DNA of 64,000 bases from Octopus vulgaris (lineage: Eukaryota), in NCBI GenBank assembly GCA_951406725.2, contig OX597817.1:170128001-170192000 (forward strand), written 5' to 3'. Of the stretch, positions 54,232 to 64,000 are shown in pieces. Every line of letters starts with the position of its first letter. The stretch's first letter is position 1. Below the pieces are notes generated by a model. The model was not told the DNA's origin. It was given only the letters and a program-made list of their open reading frames with translations, and made no database searches. A program made the translations under genes and the position numbers.

Positions 54232-54457
54232 ACGTGTGTGTATATGTGTGTGTGTCTATGTTTGTCCCCCCCAACATCACTTGACAACCGACGCTGGTGT
54301 GTTTACATCCCCGTAACTTAGTGGTTCAGCAAAAGAGACCGATAGAATAAGTCCTAGACTTACAAAGAATAAGTCCTGGGGTTGATTTGCTCAACTAAAG
54401 GCAGTGCTCCAGCATGGTCGCAGTCAAATGACTGAAAGAAGTAAAAGAGTAAAGAGT
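54013..54457 (+). mobile_element. 5'-truncated SINE family A
   Basis: Starts just before the B box; tail intact. Confidence 0.92.
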
Positions 54458-54879
54458 ATATGGCTGATATTATCATCATAAAACTTTGTATAGTAATAAA
54501 TATTAAATTTCTCACACTTCTAAAAGTCTGTGACTGTCATATTAAGGTAGGTATATACACCTCTGGCTTGCAAGTTCAAACCCGACTGTTGTCTCTTTTA
54601 ATTTTTATACTTTCAAGATCAGTTTGACATTATTACACTCCAATACAGTCTAACATCAGCAGTGTTACACTAACAAACAGTATCAACAGTGTCTCACAGT
54701 TGCACTGCACTGGAACCTTGATATATTTATATGTAGTTTTCAAAGAAAAAATAAATGATGGCTAAAATTTAAGAATTTATTTTGAACTGAAAATATTGTC
54801 AGAAGGAAATTAAGTAGGGATTCTATTCATTTAACAATCGCTTTTAACATGAGAATAATAAGGAGGTGAGAAAATGCCT

Positions 54880-57460
54880 GTCTTTAAATTCCCCCATCCC
54901 TAATCAATCAAATCACAAACTTTCATTGCTGCATATTGATAATGAAGTTCTCTTGACTATTAGTTTGTGAACTAGAGAGAATCCTTCCCTCCCTACAAAT
55001 GATTACTAAGGCATTGTCACCTTAACCTATACTTACTTTAATACTCATGACATCCAATATTCTTCTCACACCTTCAATACATAGACAAAGAAAGATCTAA
55101 ATAATATTTGAGGATTATTTTATGTCAGTTAACGGAGGGGGCCTGTGACCTTCACAGTAGGCTGCTGAGACTGATGCAATGTAGAGTAGAAGGGGAACTA
55201 GGTGTCTGGTTCAAATGTTTGAATAAGAAGGAACTTTTTTTTTAAGGCATCCAAGGACCAGATAGTGTAGATGAGCCAAGAGATGTATTAAGCCTGTTAG
55301 TGCGACATGTCTCACCTAAACTGAGTAAATAAGAATAGATATTTATTTTAGCTAAATGGTGGTTGAAACTGTCCCTGAACAACTTTCTCTTATTCATATT
55401 TATCTTTCTTCATCAATTATACTATACTGAAGACAAAGGGTTATAATGATGATGTTTAGTCCAAGATCTACTCTTATCTATGACCATAGATGTTCTGGCC
55501 ACGACCAATCTGGGGTTTTTTTTTGTGTAGGTCAAGATGTCTCCATCTTCCTTTGACCCTTTTGATATAAACTTAAAATGATGCAAAAATTAAAACATTC
55601 CTTCAAAATTTCGTATTAATTTCTGTTCCAAATACCAACTTAATATTTTCAAAATAAATTGAAACATAGGTAATGTATTAAATAGAGTGGGATTTCAGGG
55701 AATTTGGCTATTATTTCTAACAGATTGAGCAACCACATGAGACTCCCTTGATGATGTTGGTTGTAATTGTGAGGACTACCATCGCTAGAGTATTAAGCTA
55801 AATAGAATATCTGATTATTACTAGAATAAAATAAGATGTGGAGTCACATTTTATCAGATGAGTTCTTAATAAAATTACAATTTTTTTCAATTAAACTTGG
55901 AAGATGTAAAATATTTCATGATATCCATATTGATAAATTATGACCTCTGATCGTCACCAAGAGTCTTATTCCTGGATGTATATGCATAGTATCAAACCAG
56001 ATTCAAACTAAAATCCTTTTTCTTTCTAAACTAAGGGGAATAATGCACACTGCTACTAGGCCTTGGTGAGATGGATAAGAAAGTCAAACTGTACGGTGTG
56101 AATATGAGAAACACTAATTACACTTCAACTATTATCGCATAGACATGCTGTCTCCTCACAGTCTTTTCTACTGAAACAACAATGACTTCTTATCAAAGCT
56201 AGTTGGTTTTATACCACCTGCACTCAAATTCATCCTTGACTCTCCTTTTCACAAAACCAATACTGTGTCTTACCTGCCTCACACCTCCAGGCATCTGCTA
56301 TAATGACCTGTCCCCAATCCTTCCTCCCCAAGGCATCAATTAACTAGGATTCCATGTACTATTTTTTACTATTTACTATTTTATTTGTTTCAGTCATTTG
56401 ACTGTGGCCATGCTGGAGCACCGCCTTTAGTCAAGCAAATCAACCCCAGGACTTATTCTTTGTAAGCCTAGTACTTATTGTATTGGTCGCTTTTGCCGAA
56501 CCGCTAAGTTACGTTGATGTAAACACACCATCATTGGTTGTCAAGCGATGTTGGGGGGGGGACAAACACAGACACACAAACAAACACACACACACACATA
56601 CATATATATATACATATATACGATGGGCTTCTTTCAGTTTCCGTCAACCAAATCCACTCACAAGGCTTTGGTCGACCCAAGGTTATAGTAGAAGACACTT
56701 GCCCAAGGTGCCACGCAATGGGACTGAACCCGGAACTATGTGGTTCGTAAACAAGCTACTTACCACACAGCCACTCCTACGCCTGTTGATGACACTATAG
56801 CAAAAGTCTTGCTAATTAAGCATGTTTTTTTTACCTATACCTGTTGACTGTCTGATGTTCAAGATGAACATCAGCTGTATCAGTCTCAACCAACCCTTTC
56901 TTCCTGACTAAACCGTAAAAAATGTTGGGCTCTGTAATTTAAGAAGATCAACCATTTAGCATTCCGGTTACTCTATCAAATGTAATGTTTATTTATTCTT
57001 ACTGTTTTGAATTAAACATGCATTATCTTGTAGCTTCAAGACTTTGATGATGTAATTATTTATTTTTAGAAATGACATTGTAGGGTAAGTGTCAGAGGCT
57101 GGATCTAGTCAGTTTGAGTGTAAAACATACAGAATATGTAAACTGGATATAGTTTGTTTAAATGCTACTTCAAAATAATAATACCCAGATGTATAAACTT
57201 ATGAAATATTAATGTATACAGCTTTGATACAGGTGTATCAACATAAAATGGGCTTCCACCAGTAAAATACCTTCTTTCAAATATGTAAATATCCAGCTTT
57301 ACAAAACTATCAAACCCATAATGTAATAGAAAGAGGAAATAAGAATGCATTCATTGACTGCAGATTTTCCATATCTAACAAATTCTTTAATAGTATTGGC
57401 TCTATTTAGGCAAAAATAAAATTGTCACTGATGTAATCTATATTTGTCACCAAAGCTCTT
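54880..57460 (-). pseudogene. CATSPER1: Decayed pore-forming CatSper1-like gene (S1-S6 remnants)
   Basis: RALVTN..DNFIF/CLN (57460-57400) vs RNLTQS..ETFIFFVVCLN. MHSYFLFL..VKLDIYIFERRYF (ORF 57165..57350) vs LDSIFFCI..LKIIALGLSYF. *NILHLPSLIE and ILFSLIL (55920-55790) vs RRLSFLTSVQE and FLFSAVL. RKLFRDS..YLLSLGE (55390-55312) vs RALFRKS..TLLTLDD. HLVPLLLYI and IILKYYLDLSL (55205-55085) vs YIIPILVIYI and IIQYFIFLNL. LVHKLIVKR (~54975-54950) vs MLKRLIEKK. Which paralogue it is, is less certain than the family. Confidence 0.62.
56355..56783 (-). mobile_element. SINE family A
   Basis: Full-length match. Confidence 0.92.
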
Positions 57461-57966
57461 TAAATTAGATTTTTACTACCAAGTAAAAAAGTTAAGAAGA
57501 TATTTCAAGCTAAATTGACAACTCAATCTAGTAAGGTCATCTTCACAAAACAATATATATTTTTTATCTGTTTTTTACCTATCAACTTAGAACATACCAG
57601 ATAGTCCAATGAGGAAACCTCTATGTGGTTGACAGACATGCTAGAAGTAGCAGACAAATCTTTAAAATCATCACACCATTTTAGTTATTATTTAAAAAAG
57701 GACATCACAGGTATGGCTCACTTTGCAACCACATGGTTCTGAGTTCAGTCCCATTGCACAGCACCTTAAGCATATATCTTCCACTATAGCCTTGAGCTAG
57801 CCAATGCCTTGTGGGTGAATTTGGTAAGATGGAAACTGAAAGAAGCCTTTCATATGTGTGTGTGTATGTGAGTGTGTGTTTGTATACACTGCTGCTTGAC
57901 AACTGGTAGTTTTGTTTACATCTCTAAATCTTAGTGGCTCAGCAAAAGTGATCAATAGAATAAGTA

Positions 57967-58273
57967 TCATCATCATCATCATCGTTTAACGTCCGTTCTC
58001 CATGCTAGCATGGGTTGGACGGTTCGACTGGGGATCTGGGAAGCCAGAAGGCTGCACCAGGCTCCGGTCTTATCTGGCAATGTTTCTACAGCTGGATGCC
58101 CTTCCTAACGCCAACCACTCCGTGAGTGTAGTGGGTGCTTTTTACGTGCCACCTGCACTGGTGCCAGGCGAGGCTGGCATCGGCCACGGTCGGATTGGTG
58201 CATTTTACGTGCCACCTGCACGGAAGCCAGTCGAGGCGGCACTGGCTTCGGCCACGATTCGGATAGTGCTTTT
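57967..58273 (-). mobile_element. Retroposon family C nested in an old family A copy (~57706-58345)
   Basis: (CAT)n tail on the + strand, core and internal repeats. Confidence 0.88.
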
Positions 58274-58599
58274 ATCAGATTTAAAAATTAGTACTGCTGC
58301 TGAGATTTTCAACTAAAACCATTTATGGTGATGCCCCAGCATGGCCACAGTCCAATGACTAAAACAGAGGTATCTATTGTCTTAGATACCTCTATATAAG
58401 AAGAGATAGTCACATCAGAATGCCTTTGTTCATAGGTCTATCCAACCATGTTTGACCTGGAGATAAACAACAACATATCAGAACTGACTACAGTTATCTG
58501 AAAACAAATGAAACAATGTAAGTCAAGATAGTCTATACTTGAAAAAGGATTAGATGGTCAAGGCCGGAGTGTTTTTGATATGTCTACACATGCAGAGTT

Positions 58600-58905
58600 A
58601 CCTGGCGTGCTAACATTTCTGGCAGCTCACCAATAATAAAAATTGTTTATAAATTCAATTCAAAGTTAGTAATTCTGGGGTAAGGGTACAGTCAATTACA
58701 TCAACTCCAGTACAGAGATCAAATTCACAGTTTTGAGGGGAGGGGGTAAGTTAATTACATTGATTCCATACCTCAATAGGTACATATTTTATTGACTCTG
58801 AAAGGACAAATAGACAAAGTTGACCTCAGAATGACCAGAAGAAATACTGCTAAGTATTTTCTCTGATATGTTAATGCTTCTGCCAGCTTGCTGCTGCTGC
58901 TGCTG

Positions 58906-58939
<34 letters not shown>

Positions 58940-59600
58940 AACAATCCTTTCTACTACTGGCACAAGGCCTGAAATTTTGGGAAAGGGGGGAGTCAATTAC
59001 ATCCATCCCAGTGCTCAACTGGTATTTATTTTATTGACCCCAAGACGATGAAAGATAAAGTCAACCTCAGTGGGATTTGAACTCAGGACATAAAGCTGAA
59101 AGAAATGCTGCTAAGCATACTGTCCAGCACAGTAACAATACTGCCAGCTTGCCATCTTAATAACAATACCAACAACACCAGTACTGGTATCAAATTTCTA
59201 ACATCAGCACAAAGCCACAAATTTGGTGGAAAGATACGGTCAGTCATGTGAACCTCAGTACTTAACTGGTTGTTATTTAATTGAATGCCAAAAAGTCGAA
59301 TGCATCGTTGACTCAGACAGGATATAAATTCAGAGTGTACAGAGATATAACTAGATCTAGCAAGGAATTTAATCACTCGATCAATTCTAACATCCATTTC
59401 CCATCTTCTAAAGATTTCTTACATTGGCACAAGGCCACAATTCTTTTGTGAGTATAGTGATTTATATGAACACTCAGTACTTGACTGGAACTCCATACTG
59501 TCAAACCTACAGAAATGAAAGGAAAAATCGATCACAGCAGAATTTCTGTCCAAAATGTAAAAATGTAACTAAATACAGTAAAGTATTAAGCCAATCCACT
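58600..59600 (-). mobile_element. Stack of old family B-related SINE copies with (CTG)/(CTA) repeats
   Basis: Repeated degenerate GGCACAAGGCC..ATGAAAG..GAACTCAG blocks. Confidence 0.65.
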
Positions 59601-59869
59601 AGCAAAAACCAAAATCAAGCATCTAAAATATCTGTAAACCATTGTTTGCAGATGACTGTAGATTGCTTGTTCCAGATGAGTCCAGTATATGTGTACTGAT
59701 CAATTCTCAAAAGACCAGGACAAATTTAAATTGTAGGGTGATTAGGTAGAAACATCTGGCTATGTGCAAGAATCCCTTTACTGTCACCAAGTGATTGCAC
59801 ATTCCCTTTCAGATGAAGAAAGAGGTATCAAGCATCAACCCTCCCACTATGAGTGACCCTTCTCTTCTA

Positions 59870-61510
59870 TCAGATAAAAACCTCAGGGCTGCAACTGTTA
59901 ATGTTGATTCAATGAAAAGTAGCTCTTCTGAGATCATGGGGTTGCCAGAGTTGGTACAAATGAATGTGTGCATCAGTGTAATTTTTCTAGGTAGGTAACA
60001 ATGCTATGCTTGTTTGAGTGGAATAGGCAATCTGAAAGATGTAAACATAAAATAACTGAAGTAATGAGAATATCTGATGATAATTAAGCTTAGATTAGGA
60101 TTTGGCAAAGAAACAGCAACTGTTATTTCTGCTTATCCTCACAATTGGAACTAAATGATGAGCAAAAGAGATGCTTCTACAATGCTCTCCAGCGAACTTC
60201 TTCAAATAAACTGTAACAATACCATATGGCTTATGACATCAATGGGCATTCTAGGTAGCATGATGGCTAATTTGGAGTACACTATGGCTGAGAATATGGT
60301 TCTAGAAATGAGGAGAGATCAGGCTTTTGGAGTTCTGTTATGAAAATCTGAAATACAAATTTCATGAAACCAATCAACCTGTTTGATCACCTTCCAATTA
60401 GGCAATCATGCAAACTAAACAGATTTCATTCTCATCGGTAAATTAGATAGGCCAATGGTTGTAAATACTTATTTCTTTCAGGGTGAAGTATGTACCACTT
60501 AACACAGACCACTGATTTAATGATTTTAGAATAAGAGTTAGACAGAATGATACAAAAGACAGACTGAAGAAGAAAGGTGTGAAACTAAAATATCATTTGG
60601 CTAAATATATATTCAGAATGATTTTAGATGATGTCTGACAAAAAGGAGGAGACAGAGATCTTTAACTTAGAGAACAACTGGTAGTTATGAGATAACCTGC
60701 TGAAAGCTACAGGTTGGATCTGTGAGTGAAGCAAAGTAACAGCTAGACAAAAAGGAATATGAAGGTAGAATACTACTGTGAAGGCTGGCTTTGGGTTCAG
60801 TGAGAAATTTAGAGTGTAAGCAGGTGTCAACCAAGTCTCTGTTCTAAGGCCCCTCCTCAAGTCCATAGATGTTAAGACCAGTTACCTATCAAAATTTCGA
60901 TATGATAATGACCTAATTCTTAAAACAGAGACTGTGGAAAAGATAGAGAAAATCCAGACATGGGAATGAAACCTAGAATCAAGAATCTTCACAGTAAACT
61001 TAGCATAGTCTATGTATTCAGCAAGCTGGAAAGAAGATGGAACCTCTGATACCAATAGAAAAATGATCATACTTAATATTCAGAAAAAGAGGAGATAGTT
61101 TTTCCGTATGACGTACCTAATGTGAACAATGGGTTGTGTAAGAGGTAAAATAGAATCAAAGGCAAGCTAGAGTGGACAAATAATTTACCAGTGGTACATG
61201 TACAGGAGTATTTAGTCCCTAGGCCAGCAGTAAAATAAATTCCTTGCAATGCTTAGAAGACTCTGCAAAAGTAGTTGATAATTTCTGTCACCTAGGTGAC
61301 CTAATCAGCAGTAAAGGAGTGTGTTCTAAAGTCATAGTAACTAAAATAAGATTAGAGTTGGAAAAGTTCAGAAAACTATTATCTTTGCTGATAACAAAAG
61401 GATTCTTATACTAAACAAAGGGTTTGTTGTAAATGCTTGTATGTGAGCTGCAATGCTTCATGATAGTAAGGTGTGGGTACAGAATGCAAAGAATGCGCAG
61501 AGGCTGGAAA
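59870..61510 (+). mobile_element. Highly degenerate RTE LINE
   Basis: LRAATVNV start, LLEFC-like and GVNQVSVLRPLL remnants, FCHLGDLI. Confidence 0.75.
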
Positions 61511-62399
61511 ACATTCATCCACACTGTGCTTCATAAACCCTTGACATTTTTCTTCCCATCTCCATTATTCCCACCCTAACACCATTTCCTCTGTTATTCT
61601 CTCATTTACCATTTTTTTCACAACAAATCTCTTCCAGCTACCATGGAGGCTCTCTTTTTGCTTTGCAAGCAACAGTGCTGGTGCCACAAAAGGCATGATT
61701 AAAAAGTTCGCTTTGCAACCATGTGGGTTTTGGTCCAGTCCCACTGCACTGCAATTTGAGCAGGAGTGTCCAACTATAGTTTTGAGTTGATCAAGAGCTT
61801 GAGTGAAATTTGGTAGACAGAAACAGTATGGAAGCCAACCACGTGTGTGTGTATGTGTGTGTGTGAGGGTGACGATGTATGGGCTAGTGGTGAGGGTGTT
61901 ATACTTGCAATTGCAAGATCACAGTTTCAGTTCCTGGACCAGGTGGTTCATTGTGTTCTTGAGCAAAACACTTCATCTCATGTTGCTCTGTGATCACTTC
62001 GACACCTGACATGTGGTACACTGTGCACCTGTTCAGGCAACATTGATTCGATGGAGAGAGTTAGCAAATGTGCGGCATATAGATTGGATCACTAGAAACA
62101 AATCATTTGAGCAGGTTGTTCAGCAAGAAATTACAGAACCATCTTTCTTGGACTATGAGAGACTACCATCATAACTGTGTGTATACATGTGTGAGAGAGA
62201 GAGTATGTGTGTGTTGGGACATGTATGTCTTTATATTCATGCCACTTAAAATATCAGTGACGTTGTCCATGTACCACAACACAGCATTTCCACAAATACA
62301 CACAGATGAAATAGGTTCCAAACTAAAGGAATAATTATTGAGGTCGATATTCTCCACTAACCTCTTGGAGGTGGTGCCCCAGCATGGTAGCAATCCAAA

Positions 62400-63420
62400 T
62401 AAATGGTAAAAGGCTAAATGACTCAGGATATATAAACATCATATTTAATCAAATTTAAAGATATTTAAAAGTATGCTTCACATGACTCCATCTTCAGTTA
62501 CACCCTGATTCATGCTTAGCTTTAGGCGCAGGAGTGGCTGTGTGGTAAGTAGCTTTCTAACCAACCACATGGTTCCGGTTTCAGTCCCACTGCGTGGCAC
62601 CTTGGGCAAGTGTCTTCTGCTATAGCCCCAGGCCGACCAATGCCTTGTGAGTGGATTTGGTAGACGGAAACTGAAAGAAGCCTGTCGTATATATGTATAT
62701 ATGTATATATATATATATGTATGTGTGTGTATGTTTGTGTGTCTGTGTTTGTCTCCCTAGCATTGCCTGACATCCGATGCTGGTGTGTTTACGTCCCCCG
62801 TCACTTAGCGGTTCGGCAAAAGAGACCGATAGAATAAGTACTGGGCTTACAAAAAGAATAAGTCCCGGGGTCGATTTGCTCGACTAAAGGTGGTGCTCCA
62901 GCATGGCCACAGTCAAACGACTGAAACAAGTAAAAGAGTAATGAAATTTAAAGATATTTAAAAGTATGCTTCACATGACTCCATCATCAGTTACACCCTG
63001 ATTCATGCTTAGCTTTTACGTATGTATTTGTATTTACACACACACACACACCCACACAATACACAACATACATAGACATACACACACATACATATATACG
63101 CAAGAGAAAATTTTAGCAATATTTTCCTTTCTTATATTGAAGTAACCATTTTATATGTAATTCAAAAACATTTCAAATAAATGCAGTGAAACTGAGAAAT
63201 GAGAATAACAAAATGAATGCAGCAATATCACGAACTTTGCTATGTTTTGGTATTCTTCCTGTTCCACCCCTCTCTTTGTGTCTATATCTCCATTCTGTTC
63301 AATATCAGCCTCTTTCTCTCGCTTTTATCTTTCTCACTTCATCTCTTACTTTCTCTAATCAAGTTATTTCGCATAGTGATACACAGAAAATAGGTAAGAA
63401 TGTACTTTTGTAATAATTTA
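62400..63420 (-). pseudogene. CATSPER2: Decayed CatSper2-like S1-S4 remnants (the gene probably extends beyond these limits)
   Basis: DIAAFILL...VFELHIKWL (63225-63145) vs human EVAAWFILL..ILEILLKWL. GVTEDGVM*SILLNIFKFD*I*CLYIL (62504-62425) vs GVTGQSVWLQLLRICRVLRSLKLL. Downstream S5-S6 candidates overlap old repeats and are not counted. Confidence 0.5.
62525..62940 (+). mobile_element. SINE family A flanked by a 73-bp direct duplication
   Basis: 62451-62523 equals 62944-63016 with one mismatch. Confidence 0.93.
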
Positions 63421-63501
63421 TGCATCAATAATACATATATACAGAATATGTAATAAAATACATACACATATAGAATACACGTACATACATATACATACAT
63501 G

Positions 63502-63537
<36 letters not shown>

Positions 63538-63538
63538 C

Positions 63539-63766
63539 TTCTTTACTACCCACAAGGGGCTAAACACAGAGGGAACAAACAAGGACAGTCAAATGGATTA
63601 AGTCGATTATATCGACCCCAGTGCGTAACTGGTACTTAATTTATCGACCACGAAAGGATGAAAGGCAAAGTCGACCTCGGCAGAATTTGAACTCGGAACG
63701 TAGCGGCAGACGAAATACGGCTACGCATTTCGCCCGGCGTGCTAACGTTTCTGCCAGCTCGCCGCC
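63539..63766 (-). mobile_element. SINE family B in a microsatellite
   Basis: Consensus match. Confidence 0.92.
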
Positions 63767-63806
63767 TTAACACATATATATACACACATATATATATATA
63801 TATATA

Positions 63807-63877
<71 letters not shown>

Positions 63878-64000
63878 AAAATATATGTAATATATGCATA
63901 GGTGCAGGCACAGCTGTGTAGTAAAAAGCTTGCTTCTCAACTACATAGTTCTGGTTTCAGTCCCACTGTCTGCCACCTTGAGCAAGTGCCTTCTACTATA

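Larger units (their letters stand above)
30200..54480 (-). pseudogene. CATSPERE: Decayed CatSper auxiliary subunit epsilon (epsilon/delta family) gene
   Basis: Signal-peptide-like start at ~54479, split by a SINE. EFQGT, WSLANH*F, DTELLSQG and KRYIY (53272-52965) vs EYEGT, WSVPETCF, TTELRCSSPG and ERYLF. EELLLD..KPS..LISKQL (from acceptor 51970) vs DELLGN..EPS..VLSTQM. FYIINVFNTAWTSKASPSLFS (ORF 50242..50475) vs FHTTDSFKSWTRIRVPPDILS. SLLHVSSEGTVHEVVVV (ORF 45705..45926) vs TIDRVEYTGHPLEIAVF. RNVRDVTEYH (~43110) vs INTRDAVKLH. IHAYNIDLLPHSSIAVCVP*MCP (~39535-39468) vs IQDYPLHLEAQSIAFTTKDKCP. WG-x21-*QIINGS (31187-31098) vs WG-x21-YEIINSS with identical spacing. C-terminal TM GVIVAVMVIIMIILSTIIAII (30310-30245). 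AG acceptors at 53273, 51970, 50489, 45964, 43139, 39613, 37233 and 31469. Confidence 0.72.

Noticed and set aside
55294-55315. 22-nt mini-intron-like sequence GTGAG..CTAAC.AG in the CATSPER1 pore region, hinting that tiny introns might explain the frameshifts
   Set aside because: Removing it does not restore the DDW filter, and other lesions I checked lack GT-AG ends.
59345-59760. Apparent CATSPER2 pore and S6 matches
   Set aside because: 59345-59600 looks like old family B SINE sequence and 59600-59870 may be RTE 5' UTR; too many stops had to be reinterpreted.
62225-62337. Apparent CATSPER2 S5 match (IF*VA*I* vs IFAVTGVY) on the minus strand
   Set aside because: The DNA aligns with the 3' body of a diverged family A SINE. 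It is a chance match and shows the false-positive risk of by-eye alignment.

Overview
AT-rich, repeat-dense animal genomic DNA. The SINE families and microsatellite load point to an octopus (inferred, not proven). I find no intact protein-coding gene: the supplied ORFs are mostly microsatellite, SINE or transposon read-throughs. Much of the window is mobile DNA: several tRNA-derived SINE families, CR1/RTE/HERO/R4 LINE fragments, DD37D maT and mariner DNA transposons, MITEs, and Penelope-type fragments carrying hammerhead ribozyme cores. The main result is in the unique sequence between the repeats. Read on the minus strand across stops and frameshifts, it gives collinear, splice-acceptor-flanked remnants of what appear to be up to seven subunits of the sperm calcium channel complex CatSper. 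In 5'->3' order on the minus strand these are CATSPER2, CATSPER1, CATSPERE, CATSPER3, TMEM249, TMEM262 and CATSPERG. All are co-oriented and all are disabled, and several have transposons inserted inside former coding sequence. This looks like a fossil CatSper gene cluster. The assignments are by-eye comparisons with human sequences recalled from memory, so they need a frameshift-aware search to confirm.
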